From positions 104,770-168,769 of the forward strand of contig ADNK01000150.1 of NCBI GenBank assembly GCA_000320545.1: a stretch of 64,000 nucleotides of DNA. The letters are read 5' to 3'. The translations under genes were made by a program, and so were the position numbers. This stretch comes from Bigelowiella natans CCMP2755 (lineage: Eukaryota; Protista; Cercozoa). The notes beneath the pieces are model-generated. The model was given only the letters and a program-made list of their open reading frames with translations, was not told where the DNA came from and did not search any database. Shown here one piece after another: positions 48,861 through 62,848 of the stretch (positions within the stretch are counted from its first letter, which is position 1; every line of letters starts with the position of its first letter).

Positions 48861-49049
48861 TTAGTTAATTGCTACGCTGAGTCTTGTTTGTTGGGGAGCA
48901 TGCACCAGGCAGCAGGTCAACAAATGATCCATGTCGTCCATGATGCCGCATGTCGCGCAGTGTGCATCAGCGACATCACATTGTCCTCGTGACAGTGATT
49001 CCATGCCAGCGACTAGTGCACATGCACATCCATCTAAAACCATCATCAA
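48861..49049 (-). mobile_element. Relic of non-LTR retrotransposon C-terminal zinc-binding region
   Basis: AHCATCGIMDDMDHLLTCCLVHAPQQTRL fits C-x2-C..D..HLL..C..Y...R..L with Y->H. Confidence 0.45.
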
Positions 49050-49345
49050 ATTCTCATATCCATCTCAGCGGGTACAGCAGCAGCCACAACCATGACTCCT
49101 TGCATGCAATGCTATACAGGCACAATGTCATGTCATTCGCAGTTGCACACATGCACCAACACATGAAAAATGAGGTGTTGGCTAAGTTGTACATCATACA
49201 TAATAATCTGATAGTTTGATACGAAAGTATACATTCGTATGACGTGCATTATCCATGTTTTCGCCCATCAAGCTCCTATACTTGTGCAGCATGACACTTT
49301 CCAGAGAGCAAATTTAATATCATCTTTCTTGGACCCTCTTCTGAC

Positions 49346-50116
49346 TTAAATCAAAGTGCACATCCCTTTCTTTTTCTTTACCGGTGCCGCCTTTTTTTTT
49401 GATGCTTTACGCTTCCATGTTTCTTGCACCAGTGCCTTGAAGACTTCTTCCACATTTTTTTCAGTTTTTGCACTAGTGAAAAAGTACGGAACTCCTCCCC
49501 ATTCCTCTGAAAGCTCCTTTAAATCCTCCTCCTTCAATACTTTTTGGTCAAGGTCGCACTTATTAACAGCGATGACAATTGGCATTTTCGCGTCATTGTG
49601 AATTCGGATTATGTTGTCCCTAAGCTCTGGTAACTGCTCCAAACTCTCTTGGTTATCGACACTGCAGACCAAAAGAAAGGCTTGCCCTTTTTCGATCCAC
49701 TCGTCCACCAAGCTATTGTATTGTTTTTGCCCTGCAGTATCCATTATATCCAATGCGCAAGTCTTTCCATCGACCTTGATATTCGTCTCATAAAGATCTG
49801 CTATTGTGGGGTCATAATCAACTTCAAAGCCGCCCGTTGCTAGCCGAAGCGTCAAACATGATTTTCCGACACCTGTGATTGTTATTGACGGTAAGAATCC
49901 GATTCTCGACTTAAATATACTTATCATTAGGGCATCTACGCTGCAACATTACTAATGTGCATACATAACGGTATAATACATATGGATGTAGATGTGTTGA
50001 TATTTTATGATAAATGTTATAATTGCATTATTAATGTCTTCTTGCAAAATAAACTAAATAGAATAAATCTATACATGTGTGAGTAAATATACTTCAAATT
50101 AAGATGAAACATGAGT

Positions 50117-50156
<40 letters not shown>

Positions 50157-50210
50157 ATGGGAGAAAAGGGGTACATAGTAGAGGAAAAGATAGAAATATA
50201 GAAAGAAAAC

Positions 50211-50250
<40 letters not shown>

Positions 50251-50312
50251 ACAGAGAGATTGAAACCTCCGGCGCCCAAAACAGCCATGCTGATCTTCAG
50301 GTCGTCCCCCAT
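49346..50312 (-). CDS. Ras-family small GTPase (2 exons)
   Basis: Exons 50312-50267 and 49872-49346: GAGGVGKS, YDPTIAD, DTAGQ, NKCD, TSAK, polybasic tail and CaaX CTLI. Confidence 0.95.
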
Positions 50313-50951
50313 AATTTTCTATTTAAGTCCTGTTTATTCACAAAATACGAGAGGTTTTTTAAGATTACAAATTGTTAAATACCTCTCCTATCTCGAGTTT
50401 TTATTCTGTTAGCCAAGTTGTGCTTACGTATCTAATTGGGGGAGTGATGAGTAGTTACCTTGAATTTTTCAGACGTTTTAAATTCTCCATAAATATAAGT
50501 CCGCGCCCCAATGATGTGATTTGGACTGCTGATCAATCCAAATTCTAGTAAAATGCATTGCGATATAGGTTTGAAATGATAATAAGTGCTCGTCGGCGTT
50601 CCTCTAATGACTGAAATTGTAAGTGTTTCCCTTGGCCTGGATGCAAGAAGCTAGTTTCTTACTTTACTTGGAGCGAAGTGTTGTCGCAGCTTCACATCCC
50701 CATCTGATTGAAATTGTCACAAAATCACCACAATTTTGCATCTGCGACATGCGGAATCCTGCAAGTTCTGATTCGCTTGGATTTTTCCACCACGTTAATT
50801 CCGAACCGGATCTCTTCTTGTGAGGCCCCACCGGCATTATCCTTCTACCCTGTCTATCATTTTCCGTCGATATTCCGCATTCTGAATGCCTTACCGACCA
50901 CCTATTAAAATTTTATCAGGAGGCCACTTACAAATCCTCTCCGATCGTAAC

Positions 50952-53592
50952 ATGTTACGCTTAAGAGCCCGCGCCAGCACTTTTATTAGCGCTTGTCGCA
51001 ACAACATGAGATTCATGTCAACAGCGACAAAAATGAATCCACTTGAGGAAAAGGTTGTCATCTCTTAGAACACATACGTGATGCTAGGGTGAAAATGTTC
51101 GAATGCTCAGGTTCACGGCGACATCGAGGAGATGCGCAGTGCGGGAACGTATAAGACTGAGCGGGTTGTCCTACTTTCAATCTGAATGACTGACTATGCC
51201 ATAATATTACCTTGCACACCTTACTAAGAAACTATAGTCAGAAAATTTTGATTCGTCAGCCTTCTTTGGTTAATTCCGACTGTTGCAGGTCATAGTGAGT
51301 CCCCAGCGTGCCCAGATTGAAGTGAACAATCGAAGCGATCCGGTTCTTAATATGTGCGCCAACAACTACCTAGGTATATTCTGCCCCGGAGCGTAACAAT
51401 AATGCCTTCCTTAGTTTATAGCCGATTCTCTTTCCCCTCGATAATACGGCAGGTCTTTCTTCCCATCCTGATCTTATTCAAGCAGCGAAAGATGCCATGG
51501 TTCGCGGCAGCAATCATTTGTGATGCTAATCGAAATGAGCCCCTCCTTTTCTCCTCTGAGATATTATTATATCATACGATGATACCAGGACACTCATGGA
51601 TTGGGGCTTAGCTCTGTGAGGTTCATCTGTGGCACTCAGGTAGTATTTCTCATGAGATCGTTTGGTGATGATTATTAGACAAACGATTCACTATTTGGTG
51701 TTTCCAGGATATCCATTGCGAGCTCGAAGAAGCGATATCCAAATTTCATAAGAAAGAGGTAATTTATAATACAAAAATACATCTATAGCTACTTCCTCTC
51801 CTATTTGATTTAATCCCTTCACCCGCATCGCCATCCCTTTCTTTGTGTTTCCGTCTGGTTCATGTTCTTCAAATCACAGGCGACCATTCTATACCCGTCT
51901 TGCTTTGATGCGAACGCCGGATTTTTCGAGTAGTTATAAGTGCTGCAGCATGTTGCTGGCTTGAATGGCTTGATCAAAAGAACAGAAATGATCCACCATA
52001 GCAGAGAACACTATTTATATTCGTACACAAGGCTAAAAGCCGCCAGCATTTTCATTTTCGAAAAATGATCACACTGAAGGTCGCAGTTGCTGCAGTAATG
52101 TGACTTTTCCCCTTTGCTATTGGCTACAATACTGTGATATATAATGCCGAGGTGGTTGACATCTCTGTATATTTCCTTTCACAATGGTAGAGCTTTCTTG
52201 ACGAAGGAGGACGCAATCATATCCGATGCTCTGGTAAAACTCGCTTTGCCCTCCCCAAGTTGGAAGTTGTCTTTTATCACAATCGTATGCTATGTATTTG
52301 ATATATCTGTGCCGCTAATCTTGCTAGAACCATGCGTCAATCATCGATGGAGTTCGCCTCTGCAAGGCTCAGCGTCATCGCTTCGATCACATGGACATGG
52401 GTAGTCTGGAGGAGAAACTGGTACGGTCGTAGTACAAATAGATGAAGAAGGGGGGGGAGAGGAGGAGTATGCGAAGATGTAATATCTTTTTCATTGTCAC
52501 CCTTAGATCGCTGCTAAGGATGCCAGAATCAAGATGATCGCCACGGATGGGGTTTTCTCAATGGACGGTAGTAGTACATGTATTCAGTACTGGAAGAATG
52601 CATTCTTCATACGATGATGATGATGGCAACACCACTGCCGTGTTTCCTTGTTTCCGATGTTTTTCAAAAAGAAGAGTAACTGGAGAGAATGGCTAGCAAC
52701 ACTAATAGTAGTGGTAGTAGTAGTAGTAGTAGTAGTAGTTGTTGTACCAGTGGTGGTAGTGTTTGTAGCAGCGAAGGAGGCAGCAGCAATCAGGATATAG
52801 CTGTTTGTTTTTTTCCCCTTTTATTCCAGGCGACATTGCCCCCCTCGCTGAAATCTGCGATCTTGCTGATGAGTATGGAGCATACGGTAGTTTTGACAGC
52901 AACAGGCCGCTTTGTAGTAACCAATACAGTAATAATTTAGCACAACTTTACCATGGCAGTATTTAAGTAGTACTGATTACCTTATCAATACTCTCGAGGC
53001 ACGATTTTCACAACAAAGCAATCGTTTCTTTGGCGTAGAACAGCCGCTTGTTATACTGTTTCTTATTCCCCATTCCTTCGCAGTCTTTGTGGATGAGTGC
53101 CACGCGACCGGGTTTCTGGGCAAAACAGGACGAGGAACTCCAGAATACTGTGGCGTTGAAGGTGAGGATTTAATTGAAATGGCGGTGATTAACGATGATG
53201 GTGATGATGACTCTTTCAATACACACTACTGTGTATAATACATCACCATTCTTCCAACCCAAGATGGTACAAATGCATGAGTCTCTTCCTCTGTCATTCA
53301 TCAGACAGGGTATTAGTGATTAACTCGACATTGGGAAAAGCGCTGGGGGGGGCGACCGGAGGGTAATAGTCACGTTGTATTCACCATCACGACTGTCTTC
53401 ATCATCATGACTTGTTAGTACCAGCAGCATCATCTCTATTCACACCAAGTCGGGAACTTGCGCTGCTCCAATCGCTTCTTGTGATTTCTCAACTATTTCT
53501 CTTTCTTATCCGTTGTTCAGATACACGACGGGGCCGAGAGAGCTGATTGACCTCCTCAGAAACAAGGCTAGGGTATGTATGTGCGGCACTAC

Positions 53593-53632
<40 letters not shown>

Positions 53633-53936
53633 CATGAAGAAGAAGCGGAGGTTCTGCACTCATCGCTTTCGATCATAATCCTCGTCGCTGCTTACTAACT
53701 GCCATTTTATTATTATTTTCTTGTTCCTTCAACCCTAATATAGCCGTATTTGTTCTCGAACACTTTGGCACCTTCTGTCGTTGGAGCGTCTCTCAAAGTC
53801 TTCGAGATGATTTCCAAGTTTGTTTATTTGTTGTTGCGTAGCATAGAAGAAGAAGAAGAAGAAGAAGAAGAAGAAGAAGAAAAATACCTGGTGTTTACTA
53901 TTGGCGTATTGAGGAATATTATTGCAGTGGGTGATT

Positions 53937-53975
<39 letters not shown>

Positions 53976-54115
53976 TGCGAGTGTGTGTGACACACGCGCG
54001 TGCAGGTATCATATTCTCCCATCTGGAATCATTTACTTGTGTATATGTGTTTGGAAGGGGAGAGAGGCACATAGGGACATATGATGATTATTGATGATGA
54101 TGGGGAGGTTATCTC

Positions 54116-54146
<31 letters not shown>

Positions 54147-54300
54147 GCATCGTCAGTGATACGAGTTTGCGAGACAAGCTCGAGGAGAACACTACCTTTT
54201 TCCGCGAGGAGCTCTCCCAGTAAGGCAGTGAAGACAGCATGCAAGATGTTAAAAAGCCCACAACACAGTATTTGAAACTGCAACTATGAAGGCAACGTTG

Positions 54301-54335
<35 letters not shown>

Positions 54336-55025
54336 CCTCACATGAGAAGAAGAAGATGATGATGAAGAAGAAGAAGAAGAAGAAAGGGTGTAGCAGCAGT
54401 AATGTGTGATGGCCTAATACTCTCTGTTGTGCTTCATTGTAACGTCGTACTGCACAGATATGGCTTCGATATTGCCGGTGACAAGGCATGTCCCATTGTG
54501 CCGGTAATGCTTGGAGACGCGAGGCTTGCAGCGGAGTTTGCAGACGAAATGTTGGAAAAGGGTAACAATGAGCACAGCAGCAGCAGCAGCGGCAGGATGC
54601 ATGCAACCGCGTGGCGAATGTTTAAACAAAAAGGAAGTTGCCTGCTGCGATGAGTAGAACGTCAGCATCCGTTACTAATAATGGAATGCTACAACACGTA
54701 CTAGGGGTGTACGTCATCGGCTTCAGCTATCCCGTAGTCCCAAAGGGAAAAGCGCGCATCAGGACTCAAATATCAGCAGCACATTCGAGGGACCAGCTCC
54801 AATATGCGGTACTGTTACTACTGCTACTACTACTACTACTAAATCACCTTGCTGCTGTCACGGAGTAGGCCACCACGCTGAAGGCCATAGTCCCTTTCTT
54901 TCAATAACATGCAGTTGTTTTCTATTGACCTTGTTTACTCATTCGCAAATGATTTCATCTGTGACACACTCCTACAGGTCAATGCTTTCGTCGAAGTTGG
55001 GAAAAAGAAGGGCGTAATTGCTTGA
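50952..55025 (+). CDS. GCAT: Mitochondrial 2-amino-3-ketobutyrate CoA ligase (glycine C-acetyltransferase), ~19 exons
   Basis: Spliced motifs [79 protein letters not shown] (PLP Lys), RPYLFSN and [21 protein letters not shown]; Arg-rich presequence. Confidence 0.95.
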
Positions 55026-55707
55026 TTTGGGTTACATGTTGACAGGATATCGAAGAACGTTTACTTTTCTGAACGTTTAAAGTTGAAAAAGGGTGTTGTA
55101 CGTGTTGTGATGTTTGAACTTGTTCATGCAGTTGAGATAATAGACACAGCAATACACTATATATATTAGATTTCAATGATCCGGCGACATTGCGCATTGT
55201 TTGGACGTGCATGTCGTCCTCGACCTACACCATCATGTGCTGCAGTCTGCAATCGTGATGTTCATTGCCAAATGGAATGACTAGAATGAGCTAGCGGGCC
55301 ACATTGCGTTCCCGTTAGCATGCCACCTACGACACGTGTGCGCACATGGCGCATGACATGCAGACACAGTGACACCATCCGCCATGGAATGTGCATGATG
55401 TTGCGTTTTCCATTGTGATCATGATGCTTGTGATGGACACAGCAATGCCACACATGGAACACGCGTGATGTCACGTTGTCCATCATGCGCCTGCCAGTCT
55501 GCAATCTTCTCGAGAACACCAGCCATGCTGTGGAGCTTGCGATGCCAACGGATGAAACAATGAAACAATGAAACAATGATGAAAAACTGCATTTCCAAAG
55601 TGTTGCAAGACACTTGCAGCGTGCAAAGTGCAGTGCCTCGAACTGGTTTCAGTGAGGACTGTGACTAGCAAATCAACTAGCTGGTTTGCCAAAATGGCAT
55701 GACTTGG

Positions 55708-56200
55708 TCATTGAGAAGCAATGACATTAGCAGCAAAGTTCTGACGGCGCAAGACCTCCACTCTGAGCAAAAACTTCCTGAAGGCCATGTCCACATGACG
55801 ATCTACGATTGGATCATCTGAGGGGGCCCCCAGCAGGATTTTGGTTTTGGAGGAGTCTGGAGCGTCAAAGAATGAAGAGTGGCGGGAAGAAGCTGAACCC
55901 AGAGCTGATCTCATGTGCGAGAGAAGCTTGCATCTCTCTGCATTCAAGTGAGTGCAATGATGGATGAGGTGGTTGACACTTTGAACAACTTCAGCATTGC
56001 AAAGAGGACACACCGAGAAAGAGGGGGGCAAGTTGCAAATTTCAGCCCTGTGCTCCTCAGTTTCGTGAGTCCCAGCGCGGAGCTGAAGTTTGAGCAACAC
56101 ACCTGAATTGTCATGCCAATCATCAACATAATGACACTCGAACAATCTGGAAGCTGGCCTTCCAATGTGGACACTCCTCGCCCAGGCTCTGATGAACGAG
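55708..56200 (-). mobile_element. Degenerate 3' fragment of a LINE-type non-LTR retrotransposon
   Basis: LLKLQLRAGTH..VCPLCNAEVVQSVNHLIHHCTHLNAER..KILLG..FRKFL matches the C-terminal CCHC region of LINE ORF2; no RT core present. Confidence 0.65.
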
Positions 56201-56535
56201 GCAGCGCGGTCCACAATCTCACACAATCTCACACAATCTCCATCGATCTCCGGAACATCTCCGACACACATCGCAGATTGACACCGGTCGGAGTTGCAGC
56301 GGTCGGAGGACACCACCATTGCAGAGGGAAGAACGCTCCCAGACAGCAGCAGCAGCCACTCCATACTGTTCGAAAAATGGTGGCAAAATCCTTGCGTGCA
56401 TCAACGAATGGGTAAACTTAAAACGAGAGGCTCAGGTTTCTAGATGAAAGCTGAAGCATGAGAAACTAACGCTAGCACCTCGAACGAAATGCTGCATTGC
56501 TGCTTGCAATCAGGCACCAAGAGGTGAAAAAGCCA

Positions 56536-57065
56536 ATGGTGGGCGGTTCTGGGAAGAAACAGACGCGCCCCTCCGAAGTACCCCTCTGGGCACAGGGAGT
56601 GCTCCTCCTCGTCATACTCGCATCTTCAGTCATTTGTGTGTGGTTTGGGAATACGATTGCCGGGCCTGTGTCGGGTGTGGAGGGCAATGTCCCAAAGTAA
56701 TAATAACAGAAGTTAAGCAGGGTACTGCTTATTCCCTGATTGTTAATTGGGCGCTTGTTGTCCGTCGGGGTTTTACGCCGCACAGGTACCTCGAGATTGC
56801 TTTCCCGTTATTCTTTGTGATGATGGGCACTGAGCTGGCCTTGCTCAAGTACGTTGACCTCACTTCGGAAGCCGCGCACTATGCTCTTGCAGGTCATGCT
56901 GCCCTTCATGGATACGAAGTAGCATTGCAGCCACAATATGAATCTCACCATAAATGCGCTATTGGAATTTAGATTCGTGGTCGTCGGTGAGCGCAGGAGC
57001 CGAGTCTCTGATCCTGAAAAAAATCATACCATTGATAATTCGGTATTGTATATACATGTATAATC

Positions 57066-57107
<42 letters not shown>

Positions 57108-58655
57108 GTCACACACCAGCACTGACGTGCCATATGCAGCTGGGGATTGCATATATGCGTGGATGGGTGGATGGGGGTGCGTGGTCCGAATAAATCGGTG
57201 GCCCAAAGCTCTGGCTACCATGATCATTTGCATCATTCGCCATCTTCCTTCCCATCACGATCATCATCATCACCACCACCATCACCATCACTATCATCTA
57301 TGTATTCCTAGCTTTACTTGGGACCCTGCCGCCTACGTCTTCGTCTTCAACAACAGCAAAGGTGCTTCTTCTGTGTGTGAGTGTAGAGAAGGGCAGAAGA
57401 AGGGGAGAGTAGAGTGAAATATCAGCATAACTCCTTCCCCAGAATTACATTTATACATGAACGACCCCTGCGTGTATAGCAACGGACTGGCGCTCACGTT
57501 GTGTACTTTCATCCCTTTTCTTGCTTTGGTGCTGCTGACAATACAATGAAAAACACGCAGCGTACCATCTTCCGTTCTTGCAAGAATCTGAGACGTATTT
57601 GGGCTACGACAAACCGCTGGTCAGACCATCCACCTTATTTTATTGAAAGAGAGGGGGGTGGGGGGGGGTGAAACACAGTACATCATATGGAACAGAACAA
57701 AGGCAACTATTTACACAATTCTAACAAATCATAATCTTAAGAGGAAGCTGGTTTTGCTCATTGCAGGTGTTCTTGTTCGCGCTACTTTCCGTCGACTTTT
57801 CGTATTATTGGTTTCATCGCTGGGCGCACACCAACGCTATCATGTGGGCAGGTATGGTGAGAATGATGATAATGGTGATGCTGCTGTTGCGGTGTACTTC
57901 TGTACTCGTTATTTTAGGACATTCATTATCGATTTCTCCTTGATTATCATCATATTCCTCTTCTTCTGGCTGCTGCTGCTGCCTTGAAAGGCCACTCCAC
58001 ACACCACTCCTCGGAGTATTTCAATCTTTCTACAGCTCTCCGTCAGGTGATTACCATTGCAATCAGAGTACGTTGTATTTAGTAATGCGATGGTAACAGC
58101 AGGAAAGCCGGTGTTTTCCCTGCAAACAAAAGTTGATATACTCTCCTGAAATAGAAGAATCAAGCCATAACCAAAAACGTCTTCTTCTTCTTACCGTTTT
58201 CAACCTAGATTACTACTTGTCCTCTCCTCAAATAGTGAACGTGGGGATAAACAGGGGATATGAATGTGTGTTTTCTCCATTGGTTGGTGAAGCAAGCTCT
58301 GATTGTATCTTAACCTCGGTCGTCGGTCTCTCCTCCTCCTCCTCCTCCTCCTCCTCCTCCTCCTCCTCCTCGTTGCCATCACCGTTGTTTGTTACTACCA
58401 CAAGTCATGGTGGCAGGCCCTGTCAAGTTTTTGGGTGTACTTGTATCTGGCAGTGCTAGGCCTCCCCCCCCACATGTTTATGGCGCATAAGGTCTCGTGG
58501 GTAAAAGAATGGAGAGGGGGGAATGGGGGAGTCGTAGCAGAAGGAAGAGCTCCTTGCTCTCCGCTAGAGGAGGCAACAATATATTGAATCACACTTGGGA
58601 TGATGATGAGAAGATACGGATTCGTTATCATATCACCATCTCACTCACATTCTCG

Positions 58656-58686
<31 letters not shown>

Positions 58687-60199
58687 TGGTTATAGTCGCT
58701 TAACACTCTATACCAGTTTTGGGTGCATACCTGCCTCATCAGGGAGCTTCCATGGTGAGAGACTTGAACAATGCAATAGAAGATAAAAGCAGCCGACGAA
58801 GAAATCAAGGAGATACAAAGAAGAAGAAGAAGAAGAAGAAGAAGAGGAAGAGGAAGAAGAAGAAAAACGAAATACAGTGGTGTGCAGGCATGACTCTAGA
58901 ATGGACGTACTCTCATAATTGAGTGCGTATATATGTCAGAACCGTTTTACCGCATGTTTGATGTATATATTCGCAGGATCTTCGAATTTGTGCTATCGAC
59001 CCCTTCTCACCACCGGGTAAAAACTACAGACTGCTGTCGCTCCCCCCCCCCCCCCTCTCCCGTCCTTACATCGCCTCTTGTTCGCTAATATGTCGTCGCT
59101 TCTGTGATGGGAGCCTTGCCTTGAAGACAAGATCGCCCTCTGCTGCACGTTGCAATACACCGCTAACACGTCACCGTCTCTTCGTTTGTATGATTCCCCC
59201 CCCCCCCCCCCCCCTGCCCCTCTTTCAGGTCCATCATGACCGCAGAGTGCACAAGAACTTCGGGGTTGGAACCATCAACAAACAGAAGCAGCAGCCGCCA
59301 GCAGCAACGACTCGATGAAGATAGTGATATTGATGATGATATGATGATGAAGATAGTGATATTGATGATGATAAGACCGCATCGATGTTAACGGCCATAC
59401 TAAAAGCAAGCATACGTGACAGCACCGCACACCTGAAACTACTACACCTTCCCCCTCACAACTACCAGGGCATCCTTATAATTTGGGACCGAATCTTTGG
59501 AAGTTTCCTGCCCGAAAACGTGGCCACGCCTTTGGAGAAGCAGCATCAAGGTGTGCTTTGTGGTTCGTTGCGCGATGCATTACTCCTCGTTCCCTTCACT
59601 TTCAAAGCTAGACCACATAATCATAGTTTATTGCAGCTTGTGTTTCGTCAAGACTGACGTCTCCCCCCCCCTCTCATTGTTCAGAGGAGGCATGCGTGTT
59701 CGGGGTAAGCCGGTCTCTTGGGACATGGTCACAGGCCATACTGCAGGTGGTAGTAGATTCATGATTGTAGCTGCTATCAATTAGCAGCAAGAATCATTAA
59801 ATCTATGTATACACTACTATTTTTGCAATAAATACCATCCCCCATCATCCACCCTCCTCCTCCCATGGTTGTTAAAATGACGAGAGTATCCCCATCTAAC
59901 ATCATTGAGTATTGTTGTTGTTGCTGTTGTTGCTGCTGCTGTTTTCCCCCCTCCCCCCCCCTCCCGTGTGCCAGAACTGGTATTGGAGGTCCATCATCCG
60001 ACGCGGCATCAATGCAAAGTCGTTTTTCCAAGCGGTCGGCCACTCCCCACACACGCAAGAACATATGTGTAACAATGCTCGCGTCACCATCACCTCCCAA
60101 AAGGGGGGGGGGGGGGGGGGATACCATGGATCAGGCATTCTGCGCATTTCTGCTTTGTCGGTTTTTTTTAAATTTTTCATCCATAGAGTTGGGCATCAT

Positions 60200-60230
<31 letters not shown>

Positions 60231-60398
60231 CGCGTTCATTATTGATTGGAATCGCCACCTCCCTCGACGTCGCCTTACTTAATAATAGATTCGTGCTGTT
60301 ACGGTCGGTCCTGGGTTCTACACAGTGGTTATGCCTCGTCCAATCCGAGCACGTATGCAGTAGCAGTAGTAGTAGTAGTAGTACATTGATTTGCCATA

Positions 60399-60433
<35 letters not shown>

Positions 60434-60800
60434 GCTCTTGGTTCTTCGACTGACATCTCTATCATCATCACCATCGTCGTCATCGTCGTGACTAACTACC
60501 ACCGCACGTAGCTGCATCATCTCGAGACCGTATCCGTTTAAAAAGCGAGATGGGGTCGTCGTGGGGCTACTGGTACATGGTGCTGCAAACATTGGTCAGT
60601 GGTTTTTCTGTGTCTTCATCATCTTCTTCTTCTTCTTCTTCTTCTTCTTCTTCTTCCATTCCTTTCTGGCAAAGCGCCAAGTTTGACGTATAATAAAACC
60701 CGCACTCCAACACGCATTCGTCTAGCACCTTCGCTCTCGACGATTGATCTGACTTGTGATTCTTCCTCTTCTTATTCTTCTCTCCGCTTCGATCATCATC

Positions 60801-60841
<41 letters not shown>

Positions 60842-61183
60842 GTCAAACAACAACACCTGCTGCTACTACTACTACTACTACTACTACTATTACGGTAGAC
60901 CAGCATAGTAGTGGGGCTATGTGCGCTCGTGGTGCCGATGACTGCCTTTGGGAACGTGAGTCAACCGCAGCATCAGCAACCCCCTTTCATCTGCACGTTC
61001 GAAACGCCCTCTTCTATACCGTCGTTCCCATTGAGTTTTTTCTCCACGCTCCTCGAGGAGGCTGGCGCTTGTTGTTGGTGTTGTTGCCTCCTATGCATAT
61101 GAGCTGCCACCATCATCAGGCATCTGTAATCATGATCAATGTGTGTGTGTGTGTGTGTGTGTGGTCTCACTAAACAACTGCCA

Positions 61184-61230
<47 letters not shown>

Positions 61231-62036
61231 GATCCTTCTCTCGACGGTAGCTCTAGGAAGCTTCTACATCTACTCGATGGTACGATATTTCCATGATGGC
61301 CTCCCTCCCTCGATGATGCTTGGTTTGTATGCCATTGGCAACGGCTGAGTGCGTGAGCCCCGTGCATTTTGCTGGGCATAAATTAGCCTGATGAGAGCTG
61401 TCCGTTGTCATCTATCTATCTATCAATCAATCAATCACCACCATCTCCATCTGCATCATCGTCAGCATCATCATTACCATCGCCACGATCACCATTACAG
61501 GTCTTCGATGCCCATCCACGAGCATACTACTACGAAGCAGGAAGGTGCTGGTTGACGAATGATTTAGGAATGAGGAGGCGTGGGAGGGGGAGGAAGATCA
61601 TGTGGTTTGTTTCTCTGGGAGATTCGTTTAGTCATCATCCATCATCCGATCAGGACGTTGATACTTCTGGGCTTGTTTTACGGGGTATCTTCCTTCTTCT
61701 CGGGTGTGACAGGTGACGTAATAAGAGAGAAGGGGAGGGGAGGGGAGGGGAGGGTTCGAAAGCAATGGTTCTTGATTCATCCTGTGGTGGTAGCTGCGTG
61801 CCTGCAAAGGGGAATAATGATATCCGTATGCGTCTGGGACACAACTGATATATTGTTAGAGATCACACGTAGATTTATAAGCTGTGTCGTAACATATATC
61901 AAAAGGGATTCCAGTAACGATGTCCAAGTCGTTCGGCACCTTCTATCTCGTCTCTACATTGGCAGTGCTTCTCCGCGGGTATGACTTGCGCTTCCTGTTC
62001 ATATCCCGTGTATTTTGTCACCATAGCAACGTGTAA
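56536..62036 (+). CDS. Alkylglycerol monooxygenase-like fatty-acid hydroxylase/sterol desaturase family protein, many exons
   Basis: Spliced His boxes DFSYYWFHRWAH, HSTHHSSEYFNLSTALRQS, LYQFWVHT, TPSHHR|VHH, KNFG|GILIIWDRIFGSF. The 3' end is approximate. Confidence 0.85.
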
Positions 62037-62600
62037 AGTCTCGATGCGCGTGTTCTTGTAAAACTACATAGGCCACGGTTATTAGGAGCTCGGCGCTAGG
62101 TTACACACAGCTAGACAGCTGTCTGGACACTATTGTCATCATGCGACCGCGGAAGTACAAATATCAAAAGCATTGCTTAACTCCCATCACTACATCGTTA
62201 CATATCACATGAGCTTCGTCGCGGCAAGAATAGTAAGTGTAAACAACTGCTATTGGCTGCATCGCCATGCGGGCCTCAAAAGCCTAGATAGTGCTCGTTG
62301 TTGCGCGCAGGTCATATGGGCTAGCTACTCTAGTACTGCCAATTTTTGTCTCTGCACATTCAGCCTTTCTCTGCAGCTGTTAGTATCCAGCTACAACATT
62401 ATTACGTACGAGATCGCTGCCAATATAGCCATAGCTAGACTCCTTGAAATCTGATTATTTCTGTACACATTATTGCTATGGCTTGCGTACGTGTATCTAG
62501 GTGTGCAATGTGTACGCATAGTGCAGCTGCGCGTCATGCACGCAGCAACATGCATAGCTAGATAGGCACATAGTAATGCTGTAGCCGCAGCATTACACAA

Positions 62601-62660
62601 TAACTACATTAGGATAACTATTGCGAAAATGTAATCTCTTCGTTGGATCCGTCTCACACA
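62601..62660 (+). repeat. Fifth copy of the dispersed CTACATTAGGA/TCCGTCTCA repeat
   Basis: TAACTACATTAGGATAACTATTGCGAAAATG...GGATCCGTCTCACACA. Confidence 0.65.
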
Positions 62661-62848
62661 CTAACGCGTGTGTATGTGTATGTGGATATACGTAGCTGAA
62701 CATATCTATGCGCGTAAAATGAGACGATGCAAATTGCTGCAAGATGCATTTATGCAGCGTGAGCGAGATAAAAGATAATGCTGACTGCATGACATACCTG
62801 TACACATGCTCTTTGGAAGACATGATATACACGCTCAGATTGGTAAAG

